Assembly: GCA_964412555.1 (NCBI GenBank)
Contig: CAYPPG010000005.1
Coordinates: 129,819 to 193,818, forward strand
Source: an uncultured bacterium
Lineage (GTDB): Bacteria > Hinthialibacterota > Hinthialibacteria > Hinthialibacterales > Hinthialibacteraceae
Direction: 5' to 3'
DNA: 64,000 nt
Shown one piece after another: positions 1-9,662 of the stretch. The stretch's first letter is position 1, and every line of letters begins with the position of its first letter. The notes under the pieces are model-generated. The model saw only the letters and a program-made list of their open reading frames with translations. It was not told the origin of the DNA and did no database searches. Made by a program: the position numbers and the translations under genes.

Positions 1-870
1 ACGAGTATTAAGGCGAAGATCGATATTCGGCTCATTGCGAACTACCCTTTCAATACCCGCTGACCAATCGTGCTCAAATCCGCGATCCGGTTTGCCATAG
101 AACTCTTCGATAATACCCGTTTCGCTGGGATCAAAGGGTTGGCGGGATTGATCTCCTCCGGGCGCAACGTCGATTTCAGAAGAAGCATTACCACCCAACA
201 CCGGCCGATCCTGAATGAGAACCACCGAACTGCCATGCCGTGCAGCCGCAACAGCGGCAGCGCTGCCCGCGAGACCTCCACCGATGACAACAACATCGTA
301 TTCTTTCGTGTCGTCGACATTGCGGTAGGGTTCAAAATAGCGGAGCCGCTGGCTTTCCAGAAATCGAACGTTATCGGATGGTTTGAAATTCGGATCGCTG
401 GAAAGGACGATAGCGTCACAGCGTCCCCACCACCCGGTCAAATCGCGCAGCCGGACCTCGACTTTGCCTTCTTTCAAGTCAAACGATTTTCCGTCAATCC
501 ATTTCCATTGATCATCTTCGGATTCTCCGAAGGTCACGGGAGAAGGTTGACCGTTGATGAAAACTTGAAATTGTCCCGGACTATGATCCGGCAGCCAGTC
601 CTTGCAACGCACCCACAGGCGATATTCACCCTCAGAAGGAATAGTGGCATGAGTGTATGCATCGGCAACCGGTTCGTCGACTCCATTCGCCAACAAATAG
701 GGAGAACCCATGATATCGATAAACTGGGGATCGTTGACCCAATCTCCGGTTTCTTCAAAGCATTCGGCTTCAAGCCAGATGATGGGATAGGAAACCAATT
801 GTTTTGCCATGACAGGATTCTGCATAAATACTAAAGAAATTAAAATGGATAATACTGTTACTTTTCGCAT
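1..870 (-). CDS. Secreted FAD-dependent oxidoreductase, N-terminal 290 codons only (3' part lies beyond the window start)
   Basis: Absent from the supplied track because no stop is reached. The minus strand read from ATG 868-870 is open for 290 codons to position 1. It has a signal-like start (MRKVTVLSILISLVFMQNPVMA), a ~120-aa beta-rich module, then YDVVVIGGGLAGSAAAVAAARHGSSVVLIQDRPVLGGNASSE (Rossmann GxGxxG FAD/NAD motif). Track ORFs 70-834(+) and 42-419(-) are other-frame shadows. Confidence 0.8.
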   Translation of the reverse strand, partial: MRKVTVLSILISLVFMQNPVMAKQLVSYPIIWLEAECFEETGDWVNDPQFIDIMGSPYLLANGVDEPVADAYTHATIPSEGEYRLWVRCKDWLPDHSPGQFQVFINGQPSPVTFGESEDDQWKWIDGKSFDLKEGKVEVRLRDLTGWWGRCDAIVLSSDPNFKPSDNVRFLESQRLRYFEPYRNVDDTKEYDVVVIGGGLAGSAAAVAAARHGSSVVLIQDRPVLGGNASSEIDVAPGGDQSRQPFDPSETGIIEEFYGKPDRGFEHDWSAGIERVVRNEPNIDLRLNTR

Positions 871-1063
871 ATTTACCTCGATTGTTTTTTTTAAAACTAG
901 AATGTAAGGGTAAACCTTTGAAGGCCGTCTCAAAAAGGGGTAGACACATAGGTCTACACCTACAGATGTATAAAGTCTAATAAAGATGAATTAAAATGAA
1001 ATGCAAGTGGAACAATTCGCTCATCCTGGATATGAGTAGATATCATAAGCCGGAGGAAATACG

Positions 1064-1537
1064 ATGAAAAAATATGTTTCTTGTCTCATGCTTTCTTTAT
1101 CTTTTGTGTTGTTTTCTCTCGAAGTCTTGGCAGTCGAACGTTTTATCGCGAAAGAAACATTGAAAGAAAAAGTCGCAGGATTTTGGAACGGGCAACTGGT
1201 GGGAAATTATATGGGATTCCCCTTTGAAAATGTGTTCGTGGAGGAACCGGTGCCGTTCCTTGTCACTCGGTATTACACCTATAAGGATAAAGATCAGGTC
1301 AAAATGAACAGCAACGATCTGCGCGGTTTCGTGAACATATTTGCCGGAGCGATGGAGGGTGCGTTTTCCGACGATGATACGGATATCGAGTTTGTCACCC
1401 TGCATGGCGTGGAGAAACACGGTCTCGATATTACCTATCCCGAAATTGCAGAAATGTGGAAAACGCATATCAACCGGAAAATATGGGTGGCGAATCGGTA
1501 CAAAAGATGGAATGGATGGGTATTTTGTGAATTGTGA
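1064..1537 (+). CDS. ADP-ribosylglycohydrolase-family protein, apparently 3'-truncated (157 aa)
   Basis: SD GGAGGAAA lies 6 nt upstream and the N-terminus is signal-like. KVAGFWNGQLVGNYMGFPFEN and SDDDTDIEFVTL resemble the N-terminal metal-binding segments of ADP-ribosylglycohydrolases (recalled from memory). That family is normally 300+ aa, and no continuation exists in any frame after 1537. Confidence 0.45.
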   Translation: MKKYVSCLMLSLSFVLFSLEVLAVERFIAKETLKEKVAGFWNGQLVGNYMGFPFENVFVEEPVPFLVTRYYTYKDKDQVKMNSNDLRGFVNIFAGAMEGAFSDDDTDIEFVTLHGVEKHGLDITYPEIAEMWKTHINRKIWVANRYKRWNGWVFCEL

Positions 1538-1783
1538 TTTTTGAATATTTTAAATTAATTCCAAGGCGATAATACACATTTTCGCAGTTTGTAAACCACG
1601 CCGGCCGATCTTTTGCCGTTCGGGAGTAAGGCGCATAATGGAAATCCTTTCTTGTTTTCGAAACAAGTTGAATATGCTTGATAGGTACAGTTTATTGTAA
1701 TGTGCCAGGGGATTATGTGAAAAAGCAGTCTTTACCATGTGCAATGCGGTCTTTGCATGAATGGGAGCTCAAACGAAGGAGAA

Positions 1784-3154
1784 TTACATGGAGAAAAACG
1801 GTCTTTTCACGCCGCTTTGCAAGCAAGTCCAGATTTGATTATAAGACCAATCCCACAGACGCCCTTTATCGACCGAGAGCGCGACCGGTTCGACTGCCCA
1901 ACCGCCGGGATAACAAAATGCGCCGATCCATTGAACAACGATCGAGAAAAGCAAACAGATTGCAAACACTGTTGCAAGAAATCGAGAATTTGAAATTCGA
2001 GACCATATCGCAGCGATATATATCATAAGGAAGGGATACGTTTCAATTTGATAGCGGGGACCATAATGTGAATTACCACCCCACCATACGGCGTACTTCC
2101 CGAAGATGATCAACATGACGAGGGGAATAAAAATCGTCCATGCAAACAAGCGCCAAATCGATTCTTGCTTCTTCCAAATAGCGATCATACCCCAAAGTGC
2201 ATATAAGAAAAACGGGCTGAAGATCAACAGACCTCGGCTTGGACTGATCCATTGGCCGCTGAAACCAATCCATAAGGGGGTGGACCAGGAATCCCCTCTG
2301 ACACGGTCCAGTTCCCAATGAAGAGAATGTAAGACAACGTCGCCACCTTTCCAAGAATCGAAAATCAAATAATTGTATGTGATCAATGTCATGGTTAACA
2401 GAAATGCCGGAAGAATAAATGGCCACGAATGTAGCCGATAGCGAAAAAGAAGGATGAGACAAAGCCCGACAGCCCCGATTCCATTTACCGTCCGGCACAA
2501 GACGGCAAAACCCGCACACGAACCGGCAAGAAAAAGAAAAAATGAGAAAGATGAAAAGAAAGATCGGGCATCGATGCTATGATCTTGTGCTTCTAGAGCA
2601 CGGATCAAAAAGTAAAAACAACTCACCCACCAAAATAAACCGGGACCATGCTGCCACAAACTTTGCGACGCGATCGGCCAAAGCGCTGTACCAAACGCGA
2701 AAGCAGCCGCAAGGATCAACGCCCCTCTTTTTTCGATCAATCTTTTCAATGCCAAGTATAAGATCAACACCGAAAGCGAAGTGTACATCGCACCGGATAA
2801 TTTCGATAAATATTTCCAAACTAAATCGCCCTCTCCTTTCTCTATCATCCAAATAAAGGGAGCGAAGACTGGAACAGACATGATTCCTGGAAAAATCGGA
2901 TAATTGGATACAATATGTCCCTTTTGTTCGGAAACAAAATACGGCATGCGGTGATACGCGATATAATCGTGTAAATCGTCGAGAAAAATGGTGCCATGTT
3001 TCAGAATGTTCACCGTGACAAAAACGGTGGGAGTCGGATCCCCGCTGCTAATTTCCCGCCCATTGCTCATATAAATCAGAAACGGTATGAAAAAAATCAG
3101 TAACTTATGCTTGTCAAATACGTTTTCTACAGATTGGTGCATAAAAAGTCTCAC
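1784..3154 (-). CDS. Polytopic membrane protein, candidate GT-C-fold (ArnT/PMT-like) glycosyltransferase
   Basis: 456-aa ORF with about 10 hydrophobic segments. An early loop motif SGDPTP followed by YPIFPGIMSVP is the pattern seen in GT39/ArnT-like enzymes. The family assignment is from memory only. Confidence 0.45.
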   Translation of the reverse strand: MRLFMHQSVENVFDKHKLLIFFIPFLIYMSNGREISSGDPTPTVFVTVNILKHGTIFLDDLHDYIAYHRMPYFVSEQKGHIVSNYPIFPGIMSVPVFAPFIWMIEKGEGDLVWKYLSKLSGAMYTSLSVLILYLALKRLIEKRGALILAAAFAFGTALWPIASQSLWQHGPGLFWWVSCFYFLIRALEAQDHSIDARSFFSSFSFFLFLAGSCAGFAVLCRTVNGIGAVGLCLILLFRYRLHSWPFILPAFLLTMTLITYNYLIFDSWKGGDVVLHSLHWELDRVRGDSWSTPLWIGFSGQWISPSRGLLIFSPFFLYALWGMIAIWKKQESIWRLFAWTIFIPLVMLIIFGKYAVWWGGNSHYGPRYQIETYPFLMIYIAAIWSRISNSRFLATVFAICLLFSIVVQWIGAFCYPGGWAVEPVALSVDKGRLWDWSYNQIWTCLQSGVKRPFFSM

Positions 3155-3278
3155 AAATTGAAAGGTTCAATCGATTTTAAACGTGCATGAATGATTCATC
3201 TTTGATAGAATATAAAAAGATTATGAATCGTCAAACCTAGTGACAGAAGCATTACAGAAAGAAATCGAGGAAAATATT

Positions 3279-3305
3279 TTGATAATATCCTAGTTCGGTT
3301 ATAAT
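3279..3305 (+). promoter_or_regulatory. Candidate sigma-70-type promoter (TTGATA-N15-TATAAT)
   Basis: TTGATA at 3279-3284 and TATAAT at 3300-3305 lie in an AT-rich region about 70 nt upstream of the lipoprotein gene. The spacer is short (15 nt). Confidence 0.3.
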
Positions 3306-3374
3306 ATGGTACGATAATAGAATTAGAAAGTGAAAAAGCAAAAATTATGAGGATTTATCGATAAGGAAGGAGTG

Positions 3375-3713
3375 ATGAAAATGCTGAATACAAAAGTTTT
3401 TATACTCACAGTCGGTTTGGCCTTGTTCGCCTTTGGTTGTACTCCTGCTCAGAAAGGAGCAGCAGTTGGTGGTGGCGTTGGAGCCGCTGCGGGCCAAATT
3501 ATCGGTGGAGATAGTGAAGCGACTCTCCTTGGTGGTGCGCTTGGTGCCCTCGGCGGCGCAATGGTGAATGATTATGTGGATGATCAGAAAAAACAAGCCG
3601 CACAACAAGGATACAACCAAGGATACAATCAGGGATCCGCTCAATCACGTCAATATGATGCGACACCGGAACCGCAAAAACCACAGCCTTACTATAATAC
3701 GGCTCCGAGATAA
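3375..3713 (+). CDS. Glycine-zipper lipoprotein
   Basis: Strong SD GGAAGGAG at 3364-3371. Lipobox LFAFGC. Glycine-zipper stretch GAAVGGGVGAAAGQIIGG...GGALGALGGAM and a Q/N/Y-rich tail. The start could be 3372, 3375 or 3381. Confidence 0.7.
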   Translation: MKMLNTKVFILTVGLALFAFGCTPAQKGAAVGGGVGAAAGQIIGGDSEATLLGGALGALGGAMVNDYVDDQKKQAAQQGYNQGYNQGSAQSRQYDATPEPQKPQPYYNTAPR

Positions 3714-3741
3714 TCATGATTTGATAGATCGTGCAGGAAGA

Positions 3742-3766
3742 GGGGCGGTCTCAGGCCGCCCTTTTG
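3742..3766 (+). terminator. Intrinsic terminator between convergent genes
   Basis: GGGCGGTC-tca-GGCCGCCC hairpin followed by TTTTG. It lies 29 nt after the lipoprotein stop and just downstream of the convergent galK stop. Confidence 0.6.
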
Positions 3767-3769
3767 CAT

Positions 3770-4936
3770 CTATAACTGAATGATTTTGGCTCCTTCGCCA
3801 ATCTCGCAGACCATCGTTTCACATTCTTTTCCAACTCTTTCTGTATATCTTCTTTTGATTTCCTCGGTGAATGCTTCCACTCTGTCGTGTTCCACTATAT
3901 TGACAGTCGCTCCGCCAAAACCACCCCCTGTCAGTTTTGCGCCAAAACATCCGGGAATTTTATAAGCTTCTTCCACCAAGACATCCAATTCTTCACAACT
4001 GTTATCGAACAAGTCGCGGGAACTTTCATGAGAAAGCCGCATGAGCTCTCCCAGGTGAGAAATATCCTGGAGTTGTAACGCTGCCACTCCATGAAGTACG
4101 CGCTGGTTTTCTTTAAGAACATGCCGTGCCCGGCAGCGGAAGACATGATCCAAGGTATCTTCGAGATCGGTGAATTCCAATAGAGAAATATCCCGTAAAA
4201 AACGCAGCGGCCGGCCGAGATGTTCGCTTAGGGTTTGGGCAGCTGCTTCGCATTGCCGCCGCCTGGTTTTGTATTTTCCCTCGATCAATTCATGTTTGAC
4301 ATGTGTATTGCAAAGAACCAGTGCAGGCGCAGGGGAGGGAAGGGACAGGATTTTGTGCGCTAGAGTATCACAATCCAAAAAAAGCATCGCGCTTTCTTGC
4401 CCGAAGATGGAAGAAAATTGATCCAAAATCCCGCAGGGCATTCCGACGAAATGATTCTCCGCCCGTTGGCACAACTTGGCCAATTCCATTCTTTCGATTT
4501 CATAGGGATAAAGCGATTGGACAAAAAGAGCGACAGCTGTTTCCAAAGCGGCAGAACTGCTCACGCCGGCGCCGATAGGAAGATTTCCGCTTATCACCGC
4601 GCGGAAGCCTCCAAATTCCTTTCCCGCTTGTTTCAATTCATACAAAACGCCTTTTACATAATTGGCCCACGGATGAGACGGATCCTGGCTCAACTCCTCG
4701 ATTGGGAAGCGTGTTTCATCGTCTAAAACGGAGGTATAAACCGTCACAAACGGTTCCTCCATTCGTTCCCCATGGATGGTGATGATCTTATCCAGTGCTA
4801 CGGTTAATACATAACCTCCATTGTAATCGGTATGGTTTCCTAAGATTTCAACCCGACCCGGCGCCTTCGATGCAGAGGTGGGTGAAGTTCCATAACGATT
4901 GCTGTACAACTCAGCGCCGTCAAAAGTTGGATTCAT
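3770..4936 (-). CDS. galK: Galactokinase
   Basis: Galactokinase signature GRVEILGNHTDYNGGYVL and GHMP-kinase ATP motif PIGAGVSSSAALE. 388 aa. Confidence 0.9.
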   Translation of the reverse strand: MNPTFDGAELYSNRYGTSPTSASKAPGRVEILGNHTDYNGGYVLTVALDKIITIHGERMEEPFVTVYTSVLDDETRFPIEELSQDPSHPWANYVKGVLYELKQAGKEFGGFRAVISGNLPIGAGVSSSAALETAVALFVQSLYPYEIERMELAKLCQRAENHFVGMPCGILDQFSSIFGQESAMLFLDCDTLAHKILSLPSPAPALVLCNTHVKHELIEGKYKTRRRQCEAAAQTLSEHLGRPLRFLRDISLLEFTDLEDTLDHVFRCRARHVLKENQRVLHGVAALQLQDISHLGELMRLSHESSRDLFDNSCEELDVLVEEAYKIPGCFGAKLTGGGFGGATVNIVEHDRVEAFTEEIKRRYTERVGKECETMVCEIGEGAKIIQL

Positions 4937-4952
4937 GCTTTCCCCTTTTTGT

Positions 4953-5804
4953 CTATTTTTGTTTTAGATAATCTGCCAAAGATGCAAAGATTGCATATCC
5001 TGGCCCTGGAGAGTTCCAGTCTTCGATTTTTCCTACAACACTCCGTCTCTTTTCTCCCCATTGCCCATTCCATGTATTGGGCACTTGGCGAAGGAAAAAT
5101 GCGCGCTCCGGATGGGGCATCAAAGCCGCAACATTTCCGTTGGGATTGCAGAGACCGGCAATATTCGAATACGAACCGTTCGGATTGACGGGTAAACCTT
5201 CTTCGATATGTCCATCATCATTACAATATCTCCACAAAACCAGGTTTTGTTCTTCTAATTTACGGAGCACTTCTTCATCACTGCTGGTGAAACGGCCTTC
5301 CCCGTGTGAGACTGTCATGGGAAGTATCTCACCTTGTTGTGCAGTACGAGTGAATGGAGTTCGATTTCCATTCTCTTCGCATCGCAGATTTACCCATCCA
5401 CAATGATGCCCGCGTCTGACCACATGTTTATCATAAGTAATATAATTATTGGCCAGCGCCATTTCAACTTTTTCGGGGCGTAAACCCGGCAGTAAACCGG
5501 TTTCGAGTAGGATTTGTGCGCCGTTACAGATGCCCAAAATCGGTTTGCCCTTATTGGCTTCCTGCACGAGAACTTCCAACAACGGTTCTTTCGCGGCGAT
5601 TACCCCGGCTCGGACACGGTCTTCATAGGAGAAACCGCCTGGAATAATATAGGCTTCAAACGGCTCCAATTCATATGCCGGACGATTCCATCGGAATCGC
5701 GCGGCGCTCAATCCGACATGGTGTAAAGCGCGAAGGGTTTCCGTTTCACAATTCGAACCAGGGAATTGTAAAACGGCGACTTTTGGGAATAAATCGTGAG
5801 TCAT
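4953..5804 (-). CDS. purQ: Phosphoribosylformylglycinamidine synthase subunit PurQ (glutaminase)
   Basis: VAVLQFPGSNCE, catalytic Cys in ILGICNGAQIL, and MPHPER near the C-terminus. I chose the ATG at 5802-5804 (MTHDLF...). The track start at 5888 would overlap purL by 40 nt. Confidence 0.9.
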   Translation of the reverse strand: MTHDLFPKVAVLQFPGSNCETETLRALHHVGLSAARFRWNRPAYELEPFEAYIIPGGFSYEDRVRAGVIAAKEPLLEVLVQEANKGKPILGICNGAQILLETGLLPGLRPEKVEMALANNYITYDKHVVRRGHHCGWVNLRCEENGNRTPFTRTAQQGEILPMTVSHGEGRFTSSDEEVLRKLEEQNLVLWRYCNDDGHIEEGLPVNPNGSYSNIAGLCNPNGNVAALMPHPERAFFLRQVPNTWNGQWGEKRRSVVGKIEDWNSPGPGYAIFASLADYLKQK

Positions 5805-5848
5805 TTTGTCTCTCTTGATACTACTTTCCTTTTTATCGCTTGCTCCTA

Positions 5849-8209
5849 TCAGGTTGCAAGTGTCAATCCAAAGGCTCCGCGCCAACATTCACGCATGACA
5901 GGAATCGACAAGTCAAGGATCGGATTATCGGCATGATCGAAAACGGCTAACCGGTTGTTTGGCGTAGTGATTCCGATCTCACAGACATCCATGGAATAGC
6001 TTTGATATTCTTTCTTGAGTGTGTCTAGGTTTTCAGATTTTACTTCCAATAACATGCCACTCGATTCGGAAAAAAGAAGAGTGTCTTCTCGCAAATCCGA
6101 ACTGAGGCGATTGAGATAGATTTCCAAGCCAAGTGTTTGGCAAGGATGCATAGCCAGAAGCATTTCCGCCGCTGCCGTCAATAAACCTCCATTTGATATA
6201 TCATGTGCGCTAAGCACCAAACTTTTGCTTATCGCCTCGATTGTTCCGTAAATGATACCGCGTTCCAACGCATAACGCACAATGGGAACATTGGCTCCTT
6301 TACTTTCCCCTATGGTGCGGTAATATTCCGAGCCTCCAAGTTCATCGAAACGCTCACCCACCAGAATCAAGCGGCTGTCGCTTTGTTTTACATCCATTGT
6401 GATCGCTTTGGAAGCATCTTCGATGACACCCACACAGGCGATAATAGGAGAAGGGGGGACAGAACGCCCGCTGGCTGATTGATTGTAGAGAGATACATTA
6501 CCGGAAACAAATGGAATCGGTTCCGGATCGTCCGACGAATGAAGTTGAGTCGCCGCTTCCGATAATCCCTTGATTCCTTCTTCCAATGCCCAAAAATCCT
6601 GCGGCACTTCCGGATTACCGAAATTGAGACAATCTGTCATGGCCCGGGGAACCGCTCCGATGGCAGCCACGTTTCTCATTGATTCGGCTACCGCTGTAGC
6701 GCCTCCCCAAAAGGGTGATATTTCCCCGTAAAATGGATTTCCGTCGACGGACAATGCAATTCCGGAGGATGAACTTTCAAGCGGGACAATCAGGGAAGCA
6801 TCCGCTTCCCCCGGCCGAATTACGGCATTGCCTTGCACTTCTGTATCATAATGGCGGAATATCCATTCTTTTGATGCAATATTCGGCTGAGCCAGCATTT
6901 TCATGAAAATTTCATTCAGATTGACCGGTATGTCAAACACCGGCTCGGTAAAGGAGCTGATCCGAGGTTCGGATGCTCTATTGTAACGAATTCCCTCCAC
7001 TACGAAATCAATGGGCAATTCTGTTACGATTTGGCCATGATGAGTGACACGCATCACCTGTTCTCGAATCGCTTTGCCGATGACATGAGCGCCGGCGCCG
7101 AAGCAGATGGATGGGAGTGTCCAATCTTCATTGTAAATCTTCAACACTTCCGGAGTGAATTCAGGCGGAACGGCGAGAAGATACCGCTCTTGCGTTTCCG
7201 CGCAAAGTATAATTTCCGGCGGTAAATTCTCTTCAGCCACATGAACATTATCTAGGTTGATTTCGACTCCGAATCCTCCACTTTCTCCCAATTCGGACGA
7301 ACAACATGCGATGCCGCCGGCCCCCAAATCTTTCATTCCGATGGAGATACCCAATTCCCGGGCACGCCGGCGCACTTCATGCGTCGCTTTGTAATGTAAT
7401 AAAATATTTTTCAAGAAAGGATCGGGGATTTGGACAGCTCCTTTGTTTTCTTCTTTGTTCTCCGAATCTAGAGTCCCCGAAGCAAAGGATGCCCCGCCGA
7501 ATCCGGAACGGTCCGTCGGTTTGCCCACAAGAATCAGGTCATATCCTTCCCCGCATTCAGGAACACGGCTGTGAATGATATCCTGTTCCTTCAGCAATCC
7601 GAGAGCGACGACGTTGACCAGGCAGTTGTCGTCGAATCCATCATGGAACACGGCATCACCGCCTAAATTTGGAACCCCTAACGCATTCCCGTAATGCCAG
7701 ATGCCTTCGACTACACCTTCAACGATCGATTTTGTTCGTTCTGCATAGTGTCCGTTTGGATTCCCGAAACGAAGAGGATCGGCTACCCCGATGACGGAAG
7801 CTCCCATGCAGTCTACATCTCTCACGATCCCTCCGATACCCGTAGCCGCTCCTTCAAAGGGGAGTACCTGTGAGGGATGGTTGTGACTTTCATGAGCGAT
7901 GACGATCCCGTATCGATGATTCTCATGGGTCGTAAAATAAATGATTCCTGCGTCTTCTTCTGGACCTTGGATGACATTTTTTCCGGAAACGGGGAGATAC
8001 TTTTTTAACAGGGATTTACTGCTTTTGTACGAGCAATGTTCACTCCATTCGATGTCGAATATGAACAATTCGGCGAGAGAGGGAGCACGGCCTAGCCGAT
8101 GATAGATTTTTTGAGCTTCGTCCGGTTTGAGGGAAAGCCCAAATCGTTTCAATTCCGCAGATAAAAGTTGGATATCCGAATACGCTTCGGTTGAGATGGA
8201 TGGATTCAT
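5849..8209 (-). CDS. purL: Phosphoribosylformylglycinamidine synthase subunit PurL
   Basis: 786 aa. FDIEWSEHCSYKSSK, AHESHNHPS and two AIR-synthase-like repeats. SD GAGGA upstream. Confidence 0.95.
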   Translation of the reverse strand: MNPSISTEAYSDIQLLSAELKRFGLSLKPDEAQKIYHRLGRAPSLAELFIFDIEWSEHCSYKSSKSLLKKYLPVSGKNVIQGPEEDAGIIYFTTHENHRYGIVIAHESHNHPSQVLPFEGAATGIGGIVRDVDCMGASVIGVADPLRFGNPNGHYAERTKSIVEGVVEGIWHYGNALGVPNLGGDAVFHDGFDDNCLVNVVALGLLKEQDIIHSRVPECGEGYDLILVGKPTDRSGFGGASFASGTLDSENKEENKGAVQIPDPFLKNILLHYKATHEVRRRARELGISIGMKDLGAGGIACCSSELGESGGFGVEINLDNVHVAEENLPPEIILCAETQERYLLAVPPEFTPEVLKIYNEDWTLPSICFGAGAHVIGKAIREQVMRVTHHGQIVTELPIDFVVEGIRYNRASEPRISSFTEPVFDIPVNLNEIFMKMLAQPNIASKEWIFRHYDTEVQGNAVIRPGEADASLIVPLESSSSGIALSVDGNPFYGEISPFWGGATAVAESMRNVAAIGAVPRAMTDCLNFGNPEVPQDFWALEEGIKGLSEAATQLHSSDDPEPIPFVSGNVSLYNQSASGRSVPPSPIIACVGVIEDASKAITMDVKQSDSRLILVGERFDELGGSEYYRTIGESKGANVPIVRYALERGIIYGTIEAISKSLVLSAHDISNGGLLTAAAEMLLAMHPCQTLGLEIYLNRLSSDLREDTLLFSESSGMLLEVKSENLDTLKKEYQSYSMDVCEIGITTPNNRLAVFDHADNPILDLSIPVMRECWRGAFGLTLAT

Positions 8210-8327
8210 TCAAATTCCTCATAAACAGATGCACCGCATCATCGCTTATTGCCGGTCCGGTTTTTCGAATATGCATATTATATTGAATTTCGCGGGATTC
8301 ACGAGGTATAGCAAGCAGGTTTTTCGA

Positions 8328-9662
8328 TTAGAAATCATCCGGAATATGGGCCGGAATGGACATCTGGGAGCGGCTTACGAATATACTGTCTTTCAACGTT
8401 TCATGCTGGCCTCGCATACGAATGTTCATAATAAGACCCACAGCGATCATATTGACCAACATGAACGAGCCTCCATAAGAGATGAATGTCAAAGGCAGAC
8501 CGGTCACCGGTAACAAGCCGGTTACCATACCGACATTGATGAGAATATGAGAGAAAAACATCGCGATAACACCGGAAGTGAGAAGCGCTCCTTGCAGCGT
8601 CTTTGATTCCACCGCCGTATCCATACCTCGGATCAGCAATAAAAGAAATAAAGAGAGGAGGATGACCGCTCCAATAAATCCTGATTGTTCTCCAACGACG
8701 GGAAAGATAAAATCATGCTGATATTCGGGTAGAAACTTCAATGTGCTTTGGGTACCTTTCCCGAAACCTTTCCCCCAAAAACCGCCTGATCCAAGAGCGA
8801 TTTTCGATTGGTTGATGTTCCAATTTTTATCATCCAGGTCCATTTCCGGCTTCAAATATCCTTCGACTCTGGCTTTCGCATGAGCCGGCACTTCTTCCCA
8901 AATTTGGCTTCCATATTCAAAGATGACGAAATAAGAAACGAAAGCTAGACCCAAAAAAGGAATGATAATGCTCGCCGGAACTTTTTGCACAATAGCGAAC
9001 AGAAGAATAAATCCAATCAATGTTACCCACATCAGCATCAACAGTGGATCATGGCTGACACCGAAAAGACCAAGAACCGGCGAAATCATCAGAAGAAAAT
9101 AGGAATAAGGCAAGCCGGCGACAAACATCATGATCAAGGTGATGGGAACGAAAACGAGCGCCGTTCCCATATCCGGTTGGCAGACGATGATCATGGAGGG
9201 GATCGCTCCAATAGCGAGTGGCTTCATTAAATCGAACAATCCGTACCATGCTTCTTTTTTGGCGGACAATACTTTTGCAAGAAATAGAATTGTCGCCAAT
9301 TTAGCAAATTCGGATGTTTGAATCTGGGGAAGAGGTCCGATTTTGATCCAGGAGCGGGCGCCATGGCTTTTTACATAAAATAAGGGAACAAAACACAACA
9401 TTAAACCGATAATCCCAAGAATGTATAGAATCGGAGCATAACGGATCAAAGTTTGATAATCAAAAAAAAGGATCACGATCAGCACGATCAAACCGATTAC
9501 GGCCCATTTGAGTTGGGTAAACCACAATTGCAGATACCAAGGCAGAACGGTCCCATCCGTTGCAGAAGCGCCCGCCAACGTTCGCACCCCGAAGCCGATC
9601 AGGATCAAGACCAGAAAAAGGGTGAGATAATCGATTTCAGACCAAATCTTTGAGCGAAACAC
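8328..9662 (-). CDS. rodA: Rod shape-determining SEDS glycosyltransferase RodA
   Basis: FtsW/RodA/SpoVE-type polytopic protein (PEYQHDFIFPVVGEQSGFIGA). It lies immediately downstream of, and overlaps by 26 nt, the PBP2 gene in an mre cluster. Confidence 0.85.
   Translation of the reverse strand: MFRSKIWSEIDYLTLFLVLILIGFGVRTLAGASATDGTVLPWYLQLWFTQLKWAVIGLIVLIVILFFDYQTLIRYAPILYILGIIGLMLCFVPLFYVKSHGARSWIKIGPLPQIQTSEFAKLATILFLAKVLSAKKEAWYGLFDLMKPLAIGAIPSMIIVCQPDMGTALVFVPITLIMMFVAGLPYSYFLLMISPVLGLFGVSHDPLLMLMWVTLIGFILLFAIVQKVPASIIIPFLGLAFVSYFVIFEYGSQIWEEVPAHAKARVEGYLKPEMDLDDKNWNINQSKIALGSGGFWGKGFGKGTQSTLKFLPEYQHDFIFPVVGEQSGFIGAVILLSLFLLLLIRGMDTAVESKTLQGALLTSGVIAMFFSHILINVGMVTGLLPVTGLPLTFISYGGSFMLVNMIAVGLIMNIRMRGQHETLKDSIFVSRSQMSIPAHIPDDF

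Noticed and set aside
70-834. 254-aa plus-strand ORF (and 42-419 minus) at the left edge of the window.
   Set aside because: A third frame on the minus strand (1-870) is open throughout and encodes a convincing signal peptide plus a GxGxxG FAD-binding protein. The listed ORFs are low-information shadow frames.
8210-8327. Purine or ZTP riboswitch in the 118-nt leader of purL.
   Set aside because: I could not find the conserved purine-aptamer loops or the ZTP pfl-motif blocks. The gap is more simply an internal promoter or spacer after rodA.
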